A DNA stretch of 62,838 bases, the filler included, from Circinaria calcarea (lineage: Eukaryota), in the NCBI GenBank assembly GCA_051942165.1. It is 43 parts of 43 records of this genome, joined end to end, with 100 filler letters (N's around TTAATTAATTAA, not from the genome) between each part and the next. Parts side by side here need not be neighbours in the genome. Positions count along the whole stretch, not along the records: positions 1 to 1,377 come from JAVECS010004806.1; positions 1,478 to 2,853 come from JAVECS010004807.1; positions 2,954 to 4,327 come from JAVECS010004808.1; positions 4,428 to 5,801 come from JAVECS010004809.1; positions 5,902 to 7,273 come from JAVECS010004810.1; positions 7,374 to 8,745 come from JAVECS010004811.1; positions 8,846 to 10,217 come from JAVECS010004812.1; positions 10,318 to 11,688 come from JAVECS010004813.1; 35 more parts are not named here. One strand, 5' to 3'. Of this stretch, positions 1-12,128 are shown piece by piece. Position 1 is the stretch's first letter. Every line of letters begins with the position of its first letter. A model generated the notes under the pieces. The model was not told the origin of the DNA, did no database searches, and saw only the letters and a program-made list of their open reading frames with translations. Made by a program: the position numbers and the translations under genes.

Positions 1-544
1 ACGTGATGCCGGTGGGGTTTACTCCTCCGAAGCCAACCAGGGCAAGATCTATGAGGTAGGAGAAGACTTTGACACCAAGGGTGACTGGAACGAGAGCGTG
101 GCCTCTCTTTCTTCGGAGACAAGTTATGAAAGACAATCACGTTCTCCTGCAACTAGCACTCCCAGTTTCACTTCACCCAATTCTCGATACACTGCCTCCA
201 ATCTGGCTACACCAAGTGGCCTGTCCCCTGAAGCTGCCATTCCCGCCAATCCATTGATCGCAGCGCCGCCCACGTCATACGCAGGCGAGCGCATTCCCAT
301 GGCTACGAGAAACATAGCGAGGGAGCGGAGTCCGTTGGCGAGAATACCTCTAACCAGGATGGTCACCGACGATGAAGCTGGTATTGAGCTCGACGAGCGG
401 ATGGCACAACAAGGACCGCTGATGCGGGTTGTGTCGAACAATTCGGTTCCCTCGGACGGGTCAGAGGACAGTCAGAGCGGGGGGAGCGGAGGTGCCGAGG
501 CTAGGAAAGGAAGGAATCGACTGGTGAAGAAACGACAAGGTTGA
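1..544 (+). CDS. C-terminal part of an unidentified Ser/Pro-rich protein (5'-truncated)
   Basis: Open frame ending ...RKGRNRLVKKRQG* at 544; no recognisable domain. Confidence 0.45.
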   Translation, partial: RDAGGVYSSEANQGKIYEVGEDFDTKGDWNESVASLSSETSYERQSRSPATSTPSFTSPNSRYTASNLATPSGLSPEAAIPANPLIAAPPTSYAGERIPMATRNIARERSPLARIPLTRMVTDDEAGIELDERMAQQGPLMRVVSNNSVPSDGSEDSQSGGSGGAEARKGRNRLVKKRQG

Positions 545-1377
545 TCCCGCGTGAGATGAATCGACGGGGCTGTGGGGATGCTGTGTATAGGTAGACTTTT
601 TTTGGAGCGACGAGCGTTGAAGGCGTTTCTCAGGGGCATAATCGGAGCGGGAGCGAGCATTCACGGGCGAATTGGGCAAGAGCAGGGTAGATGACAGTTA
701 ATACCTAACTACGGCGACGAGATTGCTACAAGTTGCTGTGGGAGATAGCCAGTCCTCGTGGGGGCGGATATCAGTTATCCAACACTGACCATTTTTACGC
801 TGCTACTATGCAAGCTTCCGTGCGCAGCTGGTGTTGGTGATACTGCGTGATTCTGTATCTGGATACGACAGCGATAAGGATTACCTAAGCGAGGAATCGG
901 AACCCGTGGGACGGTCGGCCGGCCTAACTCGAGTGCGAATCTCCGAGCCTCCAAATAAGCTATTGATAAGACTCACCTCCCCTTCCATGAGATAGTCACG
1001 ACGGAGAACGGCGGTTACTATAGGCACGATATCGTCATCGCCGCAATATGGATCAACACTCATATACCGCAGGCCTACTTTGAGATGGGGGGTTCAAAGG
1101 CCGACGTCCCTCCTCCACTGCCACCATGGGAAGGGTATTTTACTCTATCCGCTGTCGTGTAACCACGCTCCCGGGCGATGTGCAGGAATGCGCAGACTGT
1201 GGGGAGCAAGATCTCCTTGGGCTTTCTAATCCTTCTAAAGCTGTGCGCCCGCTGTCGTTTGCTTGTCCGTCTCTTATCTACGGCGAATCACACGATGCTC
1301 TGTCCAGATGGTTGGGCGTGTTTTGCTCATTTGACTGGTGGGTCATTGCAAGGTTCCTCGGATCTAGCTTCTTCAAG

Positions 1378-1477
1378 NNNNNNNNNNNNNNNNNNNNNNN
1401 NNNNNNNNNNNNNNNNNNNNNTTAATTAATTAANNNNNNNNNNNNNNNNNNNNNNNNNNNNNNNNNNNNNNNNNNNN
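1378..1477. other. Artificial contig linker (first of 42): 44 N + TTAATTAATTAA + 44 N
   Basis: Identical 100-bp unit about every 1.46 kb; TTAATTAATTAA puts stops in all six frames; intervening segments decrease monotonically in length. Confidence 0.98.
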
Positions 1478-1496
1478 CTCTCATCTGCCCACCCGT

Positions 1497-2840
1497 TCAC
1501 TTGCTTGTATCAACCACATATCTTCCCGCAATCTTTCCTTCATGCATGAGATTGTAAACCTTTTGCAACTGGCTCATACCGACTATTTTGATCGGCGCCT
1601 TGATGAGACCGCGGCGGAAGAAGTCAATGGCTTCGGTGGTGTCTTTCCGATTGCCGACGTAGGAGCCTTTGATGGTGACGCATCTGAGGACTGTTTCGAA
1701 GACTGGCGCTTTCAGGAAGGCATTCGCTGGGAGGCCGATGGCGACGACGGTGCCGTGAGGTCGGACGTACTTTTCCAAGATGTCAGCAGTGAGAGGGCCG
1801 GTTAAGAGCCGAGTACTCACTTGGGTTGCTTGCTGGAAGGGTTTCTCGTTAACAGCTACAAGGAGGACCGCGTGTGGGCCGAGCCCTGTATATCTTTAGT
1901 ATGTTTCCTCTCGTTAAGCGGCATTCGAACTTACCATCTCCTGTAGCAGCCTGAACGTCTTTCACAACATCTGAAGACTTTGAGAAGTCGATGAACGCCT
2001 CAGCCCCAAGCTTTGTAGTCATCTCCTTCTTCTCATCACCGGCATCGATGGCGATAACTCGCAAACCCATGGCCTTGGCGTATTGGCAAGCGATTGATCC
2101 CAATCCACCACCAGCCCCGACAATTGCGACCAACTGACCTGGTTTCGCCCCTGACTCTTTGAGACCTTTGTAGACGGTTATGCCAGCGCACAGTATAGGG
2201 GCTACTTCGGATAGCTCGACGTCTTTGGGAATTCTGGCAACGTGAGCTGCTTTGCCGATAGCGTATTCTTGGAATGTGCCATCGACTGTGTAGCCGGAGA
2301 GAAGAGCTTTGGGGCAAAGGGGCTCATCCATTTGTTGACAGAAGTCACATGCAAGGCAGGAGCCGTTTAACCACTGGTAAGATAAGGTCAGCTGCTTTTG
2401 TGCCCACAAAGGGGAAAACGAAGACTATACCTTGATGCCGGCATGGTCACCTATCTCTACGTCCGTGACAAGCTCTCCTCTGGCGACGACAACGCCAGCT
2501 CCTTCATGGCCTCCTGCAGCACGACGTTCGCTCGTTAGCCCTGGACTCAGGAACTTACGGACAGCAAAGTCGACTTGCCTACAAGTGGGAGTTTTACATC
2601 CAGGGGCCAGTCGCCATTCAAAGCCTACCGGGATTGTCAGTCGTCATTGCCAGTTTGGAATAGGGTCTCAGAGAGTGGAGCACCTACGTGTAGATCGGTG
2701 TGGCAGACACCAGAGAACTTGATATTGACCAGCACCTCATCGGGACCGGGCTTGGGAACGGGAATCTCTTTGTAATCAATCGGACCTCCGGACTTCTCGA
2801 AGACTTGCGCCCATTGCTTCTCGGGGATGGATGGAGACAT
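1497..2840 (-). CDS. ADH1: Zn-dependent alcohol dehydrogenase, complete, 5 introns (2687-2625, 2578-2514 GC-AG, 2430-2374, 1934-1886, 1820-1770)
   Basis: Spliced product has [20 protein letters not shown], structural Zn motif [38 protein letters not shown]. Confidence 0.96.
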
Positions 2841-2953
2841 TCTACGGTACGGTNNNNNNNNNNNNNNNNNNNNNNNNNNNNNNNNNNNNNNNNNNNNTTA
2901 ATTAATTAANNNNNNNNNNNNNNNNNNNNNNNNNNNNNNNNNNNNNNNNNNNN

Positions 2954-3124
2954 CAGACGAGCATAGTAGCGTAGGAGCAGCAAGAGGAAAGTGAGAATGC
3001 CGATGGCAAGGATGGCGCCTATCGCCGGTCCGTCCCTGCTCTGGGCGAGGTATTCTGCTGTGATTCCAGACGGAATGTCCTTACGGCTAGCAAAGGCTGC
3101 GGTGATATCCGTTGAGATGGACAT
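2954..3124 (-). CDS. N-terminus of a PTH11-like (fungal rhodopsin-domain) integral membrane protein
   Basis: MSISTD...YLAQSRDGPAIGAILAIGILTFLLLLLRYYARL: first TM helix followed by the LRxYAR motif; truncated by contig end. Confidence 0.65.
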
Positions 3125-3948
3125 GATGGACGCCAAGACCCAGCGCAAAGAGGGAGAGGCGATCGTGCTCCGAATAGGAAAGATCAATGAGGAAGAAAAG
3201 ATATTCTAGGAAGAAGCATGATACACACATGTATAAAAACCATTTGCGTTTATAGACCAGAAATCGCCGGAGTCATCCATGTGCATTGGACTGCATGCGT
3301 TGCTACTAAATCTGTACGGAACACAGGAGATACAACCGCGCCTTTGCAGCAGAGCAGGCAGTTACGACACCCCGAATGCGAGCCATTGACCACACACCTC
3401 TCGAGTAGCTCCCAAGGCATCTCCGCGACATTGGATGGCGGTCGACAAGAATCATGGGCGGGGGGTCCAAGTAAATCATTGGCCCGACAGAGAGCACACG
3501 TGATATAAACAAGAGCAGGAAAGGAAAAGGTTAATATCAAGCAAAACCCAGATCGCAAGCGAGCCAATCGACGAAGGCCTTAGCTGAGCAGCGTGGTCAT
3601 AGCTTCACTTCTCCCCCAGTGGCGTTTTAGGGTGTGGCCGGTCTGCTGCATGCACGGCAAAAGTCGAGACCGCAGGGTCATTCCGACAAGATCCCGTCCT
3701 GATCCGCGCACAACGGCACGGTACAATAACACACATGATCGCCTGCCGCGGCTCAAAACTTTGCAGCTACTAGCCTACTACTCAGAGATGGCGGCCGGGG
3801 CATGGGGGATATGGGACCTTCTTCATCAGCGACAAAGATGTTGGAGCTCCAGCTCCCTCTCATCCGACTTTCTGACAGGCCATATCCGCTGTTTCGTATC
3901 AAGCATTGACCACTGGGCTTCGACGAGTATCGTAACAGGACAGAAACG

Positions 3949-4327
3949 ATGCGCACCCCCTCGAGGCGCAGGAGCTTCGTGCAGCTTGTTCCTTGGCTGG
4001 TGTTCGTTTCAACCTTCATCATTGGCGCTCCAGCGGTCGCAAGTACGTTAAAACAACCGGCGGACAATGTCTCTCAACTTGCAGACTCCCAGGTGCTACA
4101 GACACCATTTCCCTACTACTTCCCGAATAGTTCCAACGCAGAGACAATGGCTTTGTTCCCGATACCGCACTGCCATGGCGTTAGGTTGGAGGAGGCCACC
4201 ATCGATCAACTCCAAGCCGCTATGATCCATGGCCGATTGAAGTCGGTACAGTTGGTGAGGTGTTACTTGCAGCGAATAGCTCAGACAAATGAATATCTTC
4301 AGTATGCATGTCCCCTCCCGCTACCAA
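3949..4327 (+). CDS. Amidase-signature family protein, N-terminal part
   Basis: Hydrophobic signal-like segment then LEEATIDQLQAAM..G.L.SVQLVRCYLQRIAQTNEYL; probable intron from about 4303 (GTATGC). Confidence 0.8.
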
Positions 4328-4427
4328 NNNNNNNNNNNNNNNNNNNNNNNNNNNNNNNNNNNNNNNNNNNNTTAATTAATTAANNNNNNNNNNNNNNNNN
4401 NNNNNNNNNNNNNNNNNNNNNNNNNNN

Positions 4428-5259
4428 TATCCGCTTAATGGAAGCGCGGTCCCCGTCCAGGGCAGATCGAAATGGAGAACACTTCATTCGTTCCTTCCGG
4501 TCGAGCTGTTCCAATTGCGTGGCGAGGATGTCTTCCAGACTCGGGAGAAATGTACGTTGCATTTCAAAAAGGACCACTGCAATTCGGAGTGACAAACCTT
4601 TCCATACCGTGCAAACGTCCAGTTGCTCGATCGGAAGGGGGCATAGGAGATAGTCTAGGTTATTTCTTTCTTCAGCCTTTCCTCGGGTATTGAATGCTGG
4701 TTCATGGAGTTGGATGAGCGGCCTATATAGCTCGATGACATTTGCAAAACCACGGCGAGACGTTTTGATACTAATGCCTGCTGGTTGCGGTAAAGGTTTG
4801 CGGCTGTGCGGTAATACCGATACTGCACATTTATGGTACCTTGGTGTATTCCTTGTCTTCTGAGCTGCTAGTCAGTTGTAGACCCAGGAATCACATCGAT
4901 CGACTTACAGGAGCTCTACTACCCGTTCCAGATTCTAGCTTAGGTATCCAAGGTGGTTCTGTTGGCACTGCTACTAGAGGATTCGGCATAGGAGACACCG
5001 GCGTTGCTGCTCGATGGTATTGATATCCACTGAAGTCGTGGGGTGGTGAATCGCTGGAATCGTCATTAGATACAACTGACTCGAGCCAACGGTATTTTCC
5101 TAGTGGAATCACTACTGACTCGTCTTGAGAGAAGTCAGAGCAGTCCGGAGAGGTTACAGCAGGCACAGGTTGATTACCGTTGCAAGGCAGCAAATTCCAG
5201 CCATTAAGAAGCGTTCTCACAGCTTCGGAGTTTGCATGATATGAGCAGTTGCTGGCCAT
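4428..5259 (-). CDS. Hypothetical protein, 3'-truncated, probable intron 4908-4860
   Basis: ORF from 5259 joins via GTAAGT...CTGAC...CAG in phase to an open frame running to the contig end; no known domain. Confidence 0.4.
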
Positions 5260-5627
5260 CTTGTATGGTGTACTAGTGACGCATCAGCCAAGGGATACTG
5301 CCCATAGTGGAGGTAAGCAATAGCAGACTGCTTTGGGGCCATATTTTAGAGCAATAGCAATTGATGATATTAAGTACGAATATCCTCCAAGAGCAACTCT
5401 AGCCAAAGACATGGAACTGTATTGGTGAAGAACTATATGAATCTTGGGACCAAAAACGTGCTTTGCTTTATGACATGAAGAGGTCGCTAGGAGACGCAAA
5501 GGATAATGTGGAGGTGGAGTGCAAAAAGAGCAAGAGCTAATGAGCCCACGGGGACTTCTTGCTCTCAGTCGTACTCCACGGTCGCCCTAAGGGAAAGAAC
5601 TCCAAATACTTTCTTCTAACCCAAAAT

Positions 5628-5801
5628 CTAAACTGCATCCATGCTAGCCCTCGTGCTCAATTGCTCGTTCTTATTGCCAAGTTTGGAAATCTGGAGGAAG
5701 GCATCGACCCCATAGCCTTCCAAGCTATGGAGTTCCAAGCTTCCAGCCCAGTATTCTGCATAGACTCTGCTCATTGGCAGGCCCATGCCGAGTTTCAAAT
5801 C
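5628..5801 (-). CDS. C-terminus of mitochondrial alpha-ketoacid dehydrogenase kinase (PDK/BCKDK family); not in ORF track
   Basis: DLKLGMGLPMSRVYAEYWAGSLELHSLEGYGVDAFLQISKLG...DAV*: GxGLPxSRxYA and EGYGxD motifs. Confidence 0.9.
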   Translation of the reverse strand, partial: DLKLGMGLPMSRVYAEYWAGSLELHSLEGYGVDAFLQISKLGNKNEQLSTRASMDAV

Positions 5802-6443
5802 NNNNNNNNNNNNNNNNNNNNNNNNNNNNNNNNNNNNNNNNNNNNTTAATTAATTAANNNNNNNNNNNNNNNNNNNNNNNNNNNNNNNNNNNNNNNNNNN
5901 NCCGTCAACGGTCATGTTGTGAATGGGGAGGAGAAGAAGGCAGATGCGGCGGGACCGGGGAGACCAAGGGCGGGGAGTAGAGCCGATGCGTGGTTGATGC
6001 CGGGAACGAGGCAGGAGGAGACGTGGAGGCCGAGGGATGTGGCGATTGTGACGTGAGTTTTTCTTAGAGTGATAGGAAAGGAAAAGGGGAAAGAGTAATG
6101 GGAATGGTATGGGAATGGGAATAGGAATGGAATTTAGACGAGGTTCTTGTTTGCATACGGTTGCGTTGGCTTGGGATGGCTTGTTTGTTTTTAAAATGGA
6201 GGAGTTTGTGTACTTTACCCACCCTCATCGATTTTTCCCAACGACGAAACTAAATAAACGGGGAAGGGGGCGGAATTTTTAATTTTTTTACACACCCCCC
6301 CTCCCCCTCCCGGTCGAGTCGAGATTTAAAATCACCCACACTCACACACGGGGAGTAAAACGCTTCATTGACCCCAGATTTCTAGAATGTAACATGGAAC
6401 TTTTATTATTTCCTACTCGTTCTTCTTCTGTTCTCGGTTTTTT

Positions 6444-6995
6444 TCTTTCTTTTCTTTCTTTTCTTTCTTTTCTTTCTTTTCTTTCACAACAAACCACCCT
6501 ACATAGGAACCTACGCATGGTTCCCCCCCCCCCCCCCCCAAAAAAAACACGAAAATGACATCGGGGAAGTTTTTTGGTTTTGGTTTGGTGGGAAAGAAAC
6601 ACATAATGCACATACGGGATGGAATACCCGGCCTTTAGCCCCTGGGGGTGGTGTTTATGCGGTTTACGCAGGTTATGCGGCTGGTGCAGTTCAAGCAGTT
6701 TAGGTGTCTCTTTCCCCCCCTCTGGCTTTTAACCACGTATCTCATTTTCCGCTTCGTTACGCTACGCTATGCGGATAGGGGGAGGGGAAGGGAAAAGTTC
6801 TTCTGTCCCCCTTCCCTTCCCTTCTTTCCCTTCCCTTCTTTCCTGGTCCAGTTTTCCTTTTTCTTTTTTTTCTATCTTTTCCACCGTGGACATGTGGGCA
6901 TGTGGACTGTGGGATCAGAGCAGAGCCAAGCAGAGCAGAGCCCGCAAGGTGTGGTTCGAGAAATAGAAATGGAAATGGAAATGGAAATGGAAATG
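6444..6995. repeat. Microsatellite-rich intergenic DNA: (TTTTCTTTC)n at about 6444-6485, poly-C, (GGAAAT)n at about 6963-6995
   Basis: Tandem repeats read directly. Confidence 0.85.
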
Positions 6996-7373
6996 GGAGG
7001 TGCTCTGCCGTGTTCTTAAGGTATAGATAGGCAAAAAAAGCTGTCGAGAACGGGGGTTTCGAGGTTCTTAAATGGTGAAAATGAAACATTCAAGAGGGGA
7101 TATGGGCATGAACGGATGGATCGCTATAGTGGCAATGCGCATATAAAAGGTCATTTAATAATTTAATTCGATACCGCTGCCGCTGTCGGTGGGGTGTAAC
7201 AGGTTGGTATACCCCTTGGGCGAGCTTTTATGCTGTCAAGGGACCCATGGGTGGCTGTACTGCTGCTGTACTGNNNNNNNNNNNNNNNNNNNNNNNNNNN
7301 NNNNNNNNNNNNNNNNNTTAATTAATTAANNNNNNNNNNNNNNNNNNNNNNNNNNNNNNNNNNNNNNNNNNNN

Positions 7374-7977
7374 AGACATGGGAGCGGCCTTTGATGTGCT
7401 GGGACGTGATGAGGATATCGTTGCGGCCTTTGCCTGGAGAACAGCGTTCCTTACCTTTGAGGCCCTGAAACATCGCGATGAAGATAAGAACTCGTGGAAT
7501 AGTCTCCTTGTCGACTTTTGGCGGCTCAGCACAGCGCATTCCCAGTACTTGGTCGTCAAAAACTTTTATGAAGCTATCAATTCTAAGGAGATGGCCTCTG
7601 AGCTTGACGATGATACTAGGGTGTTGATGCACAAGCTCTTCCGCCTCTACGCCCTCAACACGCTCGAGCAACAGGCTGCCGAGTTCTTCTCCTCCAGTGC
7701 CGTCACCGTTAGGCAGATTCAGCTGGCTCGAACAAAGACTGTCATGAGGTTGCTGGAAGAAATTCGGCCTCATGCGGTACGACTGGTGGATGCATGGCAA
7801 TTTCCCGATTGGCAGCTGGACAGTAGTCTGGGACGGTATGATGGAAAGGTTTATGAGGATCTATTTCATCGCGCGAGCGAATTGAATCCACTGAACGCGC
7901 TGACGGTGGATCCGTATCCTAACTCGGAGGTTTTGATCAAAGCAGATCATCGCGCGGCTTTTAAAAGTAAATTGTAA
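7374..7977 (+). CDS. Peroxisomal acyl-CoA oxidase, C-terminal part
   Basis: LLEEIRPHAVRLVDAWQFPDWQLDSSLGRYDGKVYE; ends in PTS1 tripeptide SKL*. Confidence 0.93.
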
Positions 7978-8845
7978 AATATCCGTATACACTAGAAAGG
8001 AGGGAGCATTATAGGGAGGCCACTACGTCTTCAATGGTCTGCACGGTATAACCGGAATACATATATGATAAATGCCACTGAAATACTATGTGATATTATG
8101 TGTATATATGATCTCTGCCATGTGTATATATGATGCTACCGTTATATTTGGCAATATCATACCAGTGGATCTACGGTCAACTTCTTTTTATTTGGCTTAC
8201 GAGGGATATGGAGTAGGCTTGGAATGGTTGAGTCTTTCATCACTGCAAAATGAGTTCTCCACACCCCGTTTCTTCCGGCCAAACCGCATCCACCAGACCA
8301 CATCGTATTGCATATCCCCCGGCATACCAGGCATATCCAATACCAACAATTCCAAAGGCGTCAAGCTAACCGTCTGACCCTAATGAGCCAAGTCAAACTG
8401 ATCATCAGCAAGTGATGCTTTCTGTCTTCGACCATCGAGGGTATTGGGGTCTGACCGAGCAGATCCGGAGGCACGCAGAAGTAATGGCTGTTGAGAGACC
8501 AGGATCATCATGGGGGACGATAGCAAAAGATTTTCAAAACCAGGCGATTTTTATCAGCATAAATATGCAGCCAATCATCTCCGGGCGACGGCTTTAGCAG
8601 AATGGTGATGAAATAGCTACGGTCACGTTGTGCTGTAGCATTTTGAGAGGTCAATTTCTGGTATTGAACTATCGAAATACTATGGGTTTATAGTAGTATT
8701 TATGGTAGTCATGCCCCTGTAGCTTGCCCACTCCATGCGGAACAGNNNNNNNNNNNNNNNNNNNNNNNNNNNNNNNNNNNNNNNNNNNNTTAATTAATTA
8801 ANNNNNNNNNNNNNNNNNNNNNNNNNNNNNNNNNNNNNNNNNNNN

Positions 8846-8972
8846 TTTTTTCTTTTTTCTTTTTTCTTTTTTCTTTTTTCTTTTTTCTTTTTTCTTTTTT
8901 CTTTTTTCTTTTTTCTTTTTTCTTTTTTCTTTTTTCTTTTTTCTTTTTTCTTTTTTCTTTTTTTTTTCTTTT
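8846..8972. repeat. (TTTTTTC)n heptamer microsatellite at contig edge
   Basis: Tandem repeat read directly; source of the spurious poly-K ORFs. Confidence 0.95.
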
Positions 8973-11039
8973 TTTAAAAAATAGAAAAGACGCATCTCCC
9001 AAACTCAGCCATATGCTTTACAAAATCCCAAAAAGCAAATTCACTTTGGTAGAAACGTTGGCCAAAAGCCACACAGAAAGCCATCTGCCTGAACTTTGAT
9101 ATTTCAATATGGTGGAACTCTTAGGAAGGAATAGAAGAGGGCATATCCACATCCATTGCCCTTATCTTTGCTTCCTCCCCTTTCCTCTCCCCTTTCTTCC
9201 TAGTGGTATAACGTGTCTAACAGCCCGGGCACGAAGAACGAGATCGAAGCACGAAGAGGGCTAAAAGGGGGAAGTGGGGGATTCAGGTTTTTCTTAACTT
9301 AACTCCCGAATTTGGGGAGAATGGGGATGGGAATGAAAATGGGAAACTTGAAAGGGAGAGGAAAGAGAGAGGAGAGGAGAGGAGAGGAAAGGAGAAGGGG
9401 AGAGGGAACCGCTACGCTGGATTTAAGTTATTGGTCATTAGTCATTGGTCGTTAGTCATTGGGGGGTGACCTCTGGTCACGATGCACGAGTGGTAGTATG
9501 AATGGTGATGGGAGAGTACTGGGTTATTTCCAGCCGTGATTTCTTTTTCTTCTTTTTTCCCCTTCTTCTTCAATGCGAGTGAAGTGAGAAACAAATCCGC
9601 CACTTTGTAATATTTTTTTGGGGCAATTTTCGAATTCCCTGTCTACAGGGAAGAAAGGAGAAAAAGTTGGAAGAACCAAAACCCCGACAAAATCAAAAAG
9701 CCTATTGGGTATCCTCGTTATCCTAAAGTTTAAAAACTAAGGTACCGTACTCCCTCTTTCCGCCTTCGACCCCTGTACCTTGGCTGCATGTAGCTGCATA
9801 AGGTGTGCCAAGACAGAAAAATAGAACCCAGGGGTGTCATGTAAGGGGGGGTTAGTAAAAGCGCATGCGCATACCGGTATTCGACAAGTCCCCCGCGTAA
9901 ACATCACCTATCGCGCAATCCCCACTTCCTCTCCTCCTTCTTCCCTCCCACCATCATACTTATTTGCCGTCCTCTGCCCAATAACCCTACCCTTCAACCT
10001 CTCGCTCCTCCATCCCTCATACCAGATCTCTCGGCTCGCTTCCCTCAAATCACTCCTCCAAGCTCCAAACACTGCCTCCTTTAGCTTGAGGAAATCACAG
10101 TGATTGCGGTTATACGGATCCGCGGTTCCCCAGGCAAACTGCCGGCCGATTATTTCCGGGGTTGCGGGGTCGGGGGAGAGGATGGAGAGGGGGAGGAAGG
10201 GAGTTGTTGTTGATTGTNNNNNNNNNNNNNNNNNNNNNNNNNNNNNNNNNNNNNNNNNNNNTTAATTAATTAANNNNNNNNNNNNNNNNNNNNNNNNNNN
10301 NNNNNNNNNNNNNNNNNATACCGCGGGCCATACTGTGCTACAGCTTCATGCTATATTATAGCTTTATATTATATTATAATTATATACTATGCTCTGCTGC
10401 GTGCTATACTGCGTGCTATATCGCGTGCTACGCAGCTTATTATATAGCGTGGTATATAACGTATAATTCGTTTCAGGGCCTTGCGCGCCCCGCGCGCGTT
10501 ACCAGTTATTAAATGTATATTTACGATCCATTTTACGATCCTCCGACAGCTCCCGGATCTAGTAAACGCCGGCTAAAGGATTTATCCTGGATAGGACGGG
10601 CTTGGGGCTTAGTGGAAGCCCTAAGGTTCAAGGCTAGGAGGCCAAAAGAATTATGGATAGGGGGGAAGCAACGATGAAGGGGTATGTCGAGCTATATTGT
10701 TGGAATGGATATAGGACTGGGTGCTCTGGCATTTAAATGGGGGGCACAGCCAGATATTTCTAAGTTTGAGGAGTTACGATTCTAGACGAAGAAAAAGCTA
10801 GCTGCAGATCACACCGGTTTCGCCCCCTTTCCCCTTTTCGGGGCCCCACCATGATTCTGAGGAACTTGAATCCATAAAGAGACTGCTGGTAGCGTTCAAG
10901 TACATAATGTCGGCCACTAGAACTGTGAAGGGCGAACTAGTATTGTGAAAGAGAAGTCCTTCTTTAAAAACTTTATTGTATAATCCGTTATGTGAAGCAT
11001 TGAGCCGAGTACTGTTAGAACATGTAAAATCAATATAGA

Positions 11040-11688
11040 ATAACTCGAGGGTAAATATTACAACGCCAGTTATAAGAAGTCCTTGGATTATTAAATTATT
11101 AAATAAAAATTAAATCGTGTCTGCTGTCTAATTAATAATAATTTATAAATTTCCCGGGGCCATATCTTTAAAAGAGGATAATTTATTAAGCCTTAGTATT
11201 TTCATATTATTTTAGAAATTAACAGGCGAGCTTAGAATATTATCCGGTTCAAGAAAATTAATTAATAATAAAACGCGGAGAATAAAACCGTAAATAATAA
11301 AATTATAAAAAAAGGCTGAAATTATATATTTTAAAAATGAATTAATGTTAAAGTAATGAATTAAATATTAATAAATAATATTTATATCCGTAATCGTTAG
11401 TGTCCGTAAAGAATATTAGCCGCCGAGAGGTGATAATAATTATAAAATAATAATAGCAGTTCCGGCGATGCCGAATCGACGAAATAAAATAATATATTCG
11501 ATTATACCGGCTAAGCTTTAATTATTTATAAGCTATTCGAGTAGCTAGCGTGGGTCAGTATTATTATATATAATAATAAATAATTTTCGTGAGAGTTAAA
11601 ATAATTTATATTTAATTAAATACTCTATTCCACCCGCCTTAATTATTATAACGTGCCCGCTATAATATGCGTTAGACCGGGTCGGGAA
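11040..11688. repeat. AT-rich, RIP-like degenerate repeat relic
   Basis: Visibly depleted in CA/TG and rich in TA, with CCG/CGG islands retained; no ORF; family not identifiable. Confidence 0.6.
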
Positions 11689-11869
11689 NNNNNNNNNNNN
11701 NNNNNNNNNNNNNNNNNNNNNNNNNNNNNNNNTTAATTAATTAANNNNNNNNNNNNNNNNNNNNNNNNNNNNNNNNNNNNNNNNNNNNCCCGTATATTTC
11801 TCCCATCTCCCGGCAGAAATCTCTCTCGAATCATGTCCAAACCCGTGCTTGCTGACTCTTGTCCAATAG

Positions 11870-12128
11870 GTAACTTGTGTGCGCTCTGCTCAAGGCTTCG
11901 ACTGGAACCAAGGTATGTCTCCTTTCTCCATCACGTCCTTTACTTTCCATTGTGCCCTTTTCGATCATGCCCCATTCCGATTGACCCCGCTAACGCCCAC
12001 TTTCAGATATCTTCCTCGCATCCCATTCCGACCATCTTGCTCCATCTCCTGACCTTGAACGGAAAAAAGACCCCGTCCATGAGATTATCCTTGCGGAGGA
12101 AGAACTTCGTGGATTATTCCCTGACTAA
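11870..12128 (+). CDS. 3' exons of a small spliced protein (exons 11870-11912, 12007-12128); not in ORF track
   Basis: VTCVRSAQGFDWNQ/DIFLASHSDHLAPSPDLERKKDPVHEIILAEEELRGLFPD*; canonical GTATGT...GCTAAC...CAG intron and an upstream GCTGAC...TAG acceptor. Confidence 0.75.

Noticed and set aside
8790..9002. Lys/Arg-rich ORFs (also 6342-6613)
   Set aside because: Translations of microsatellites running into the linker
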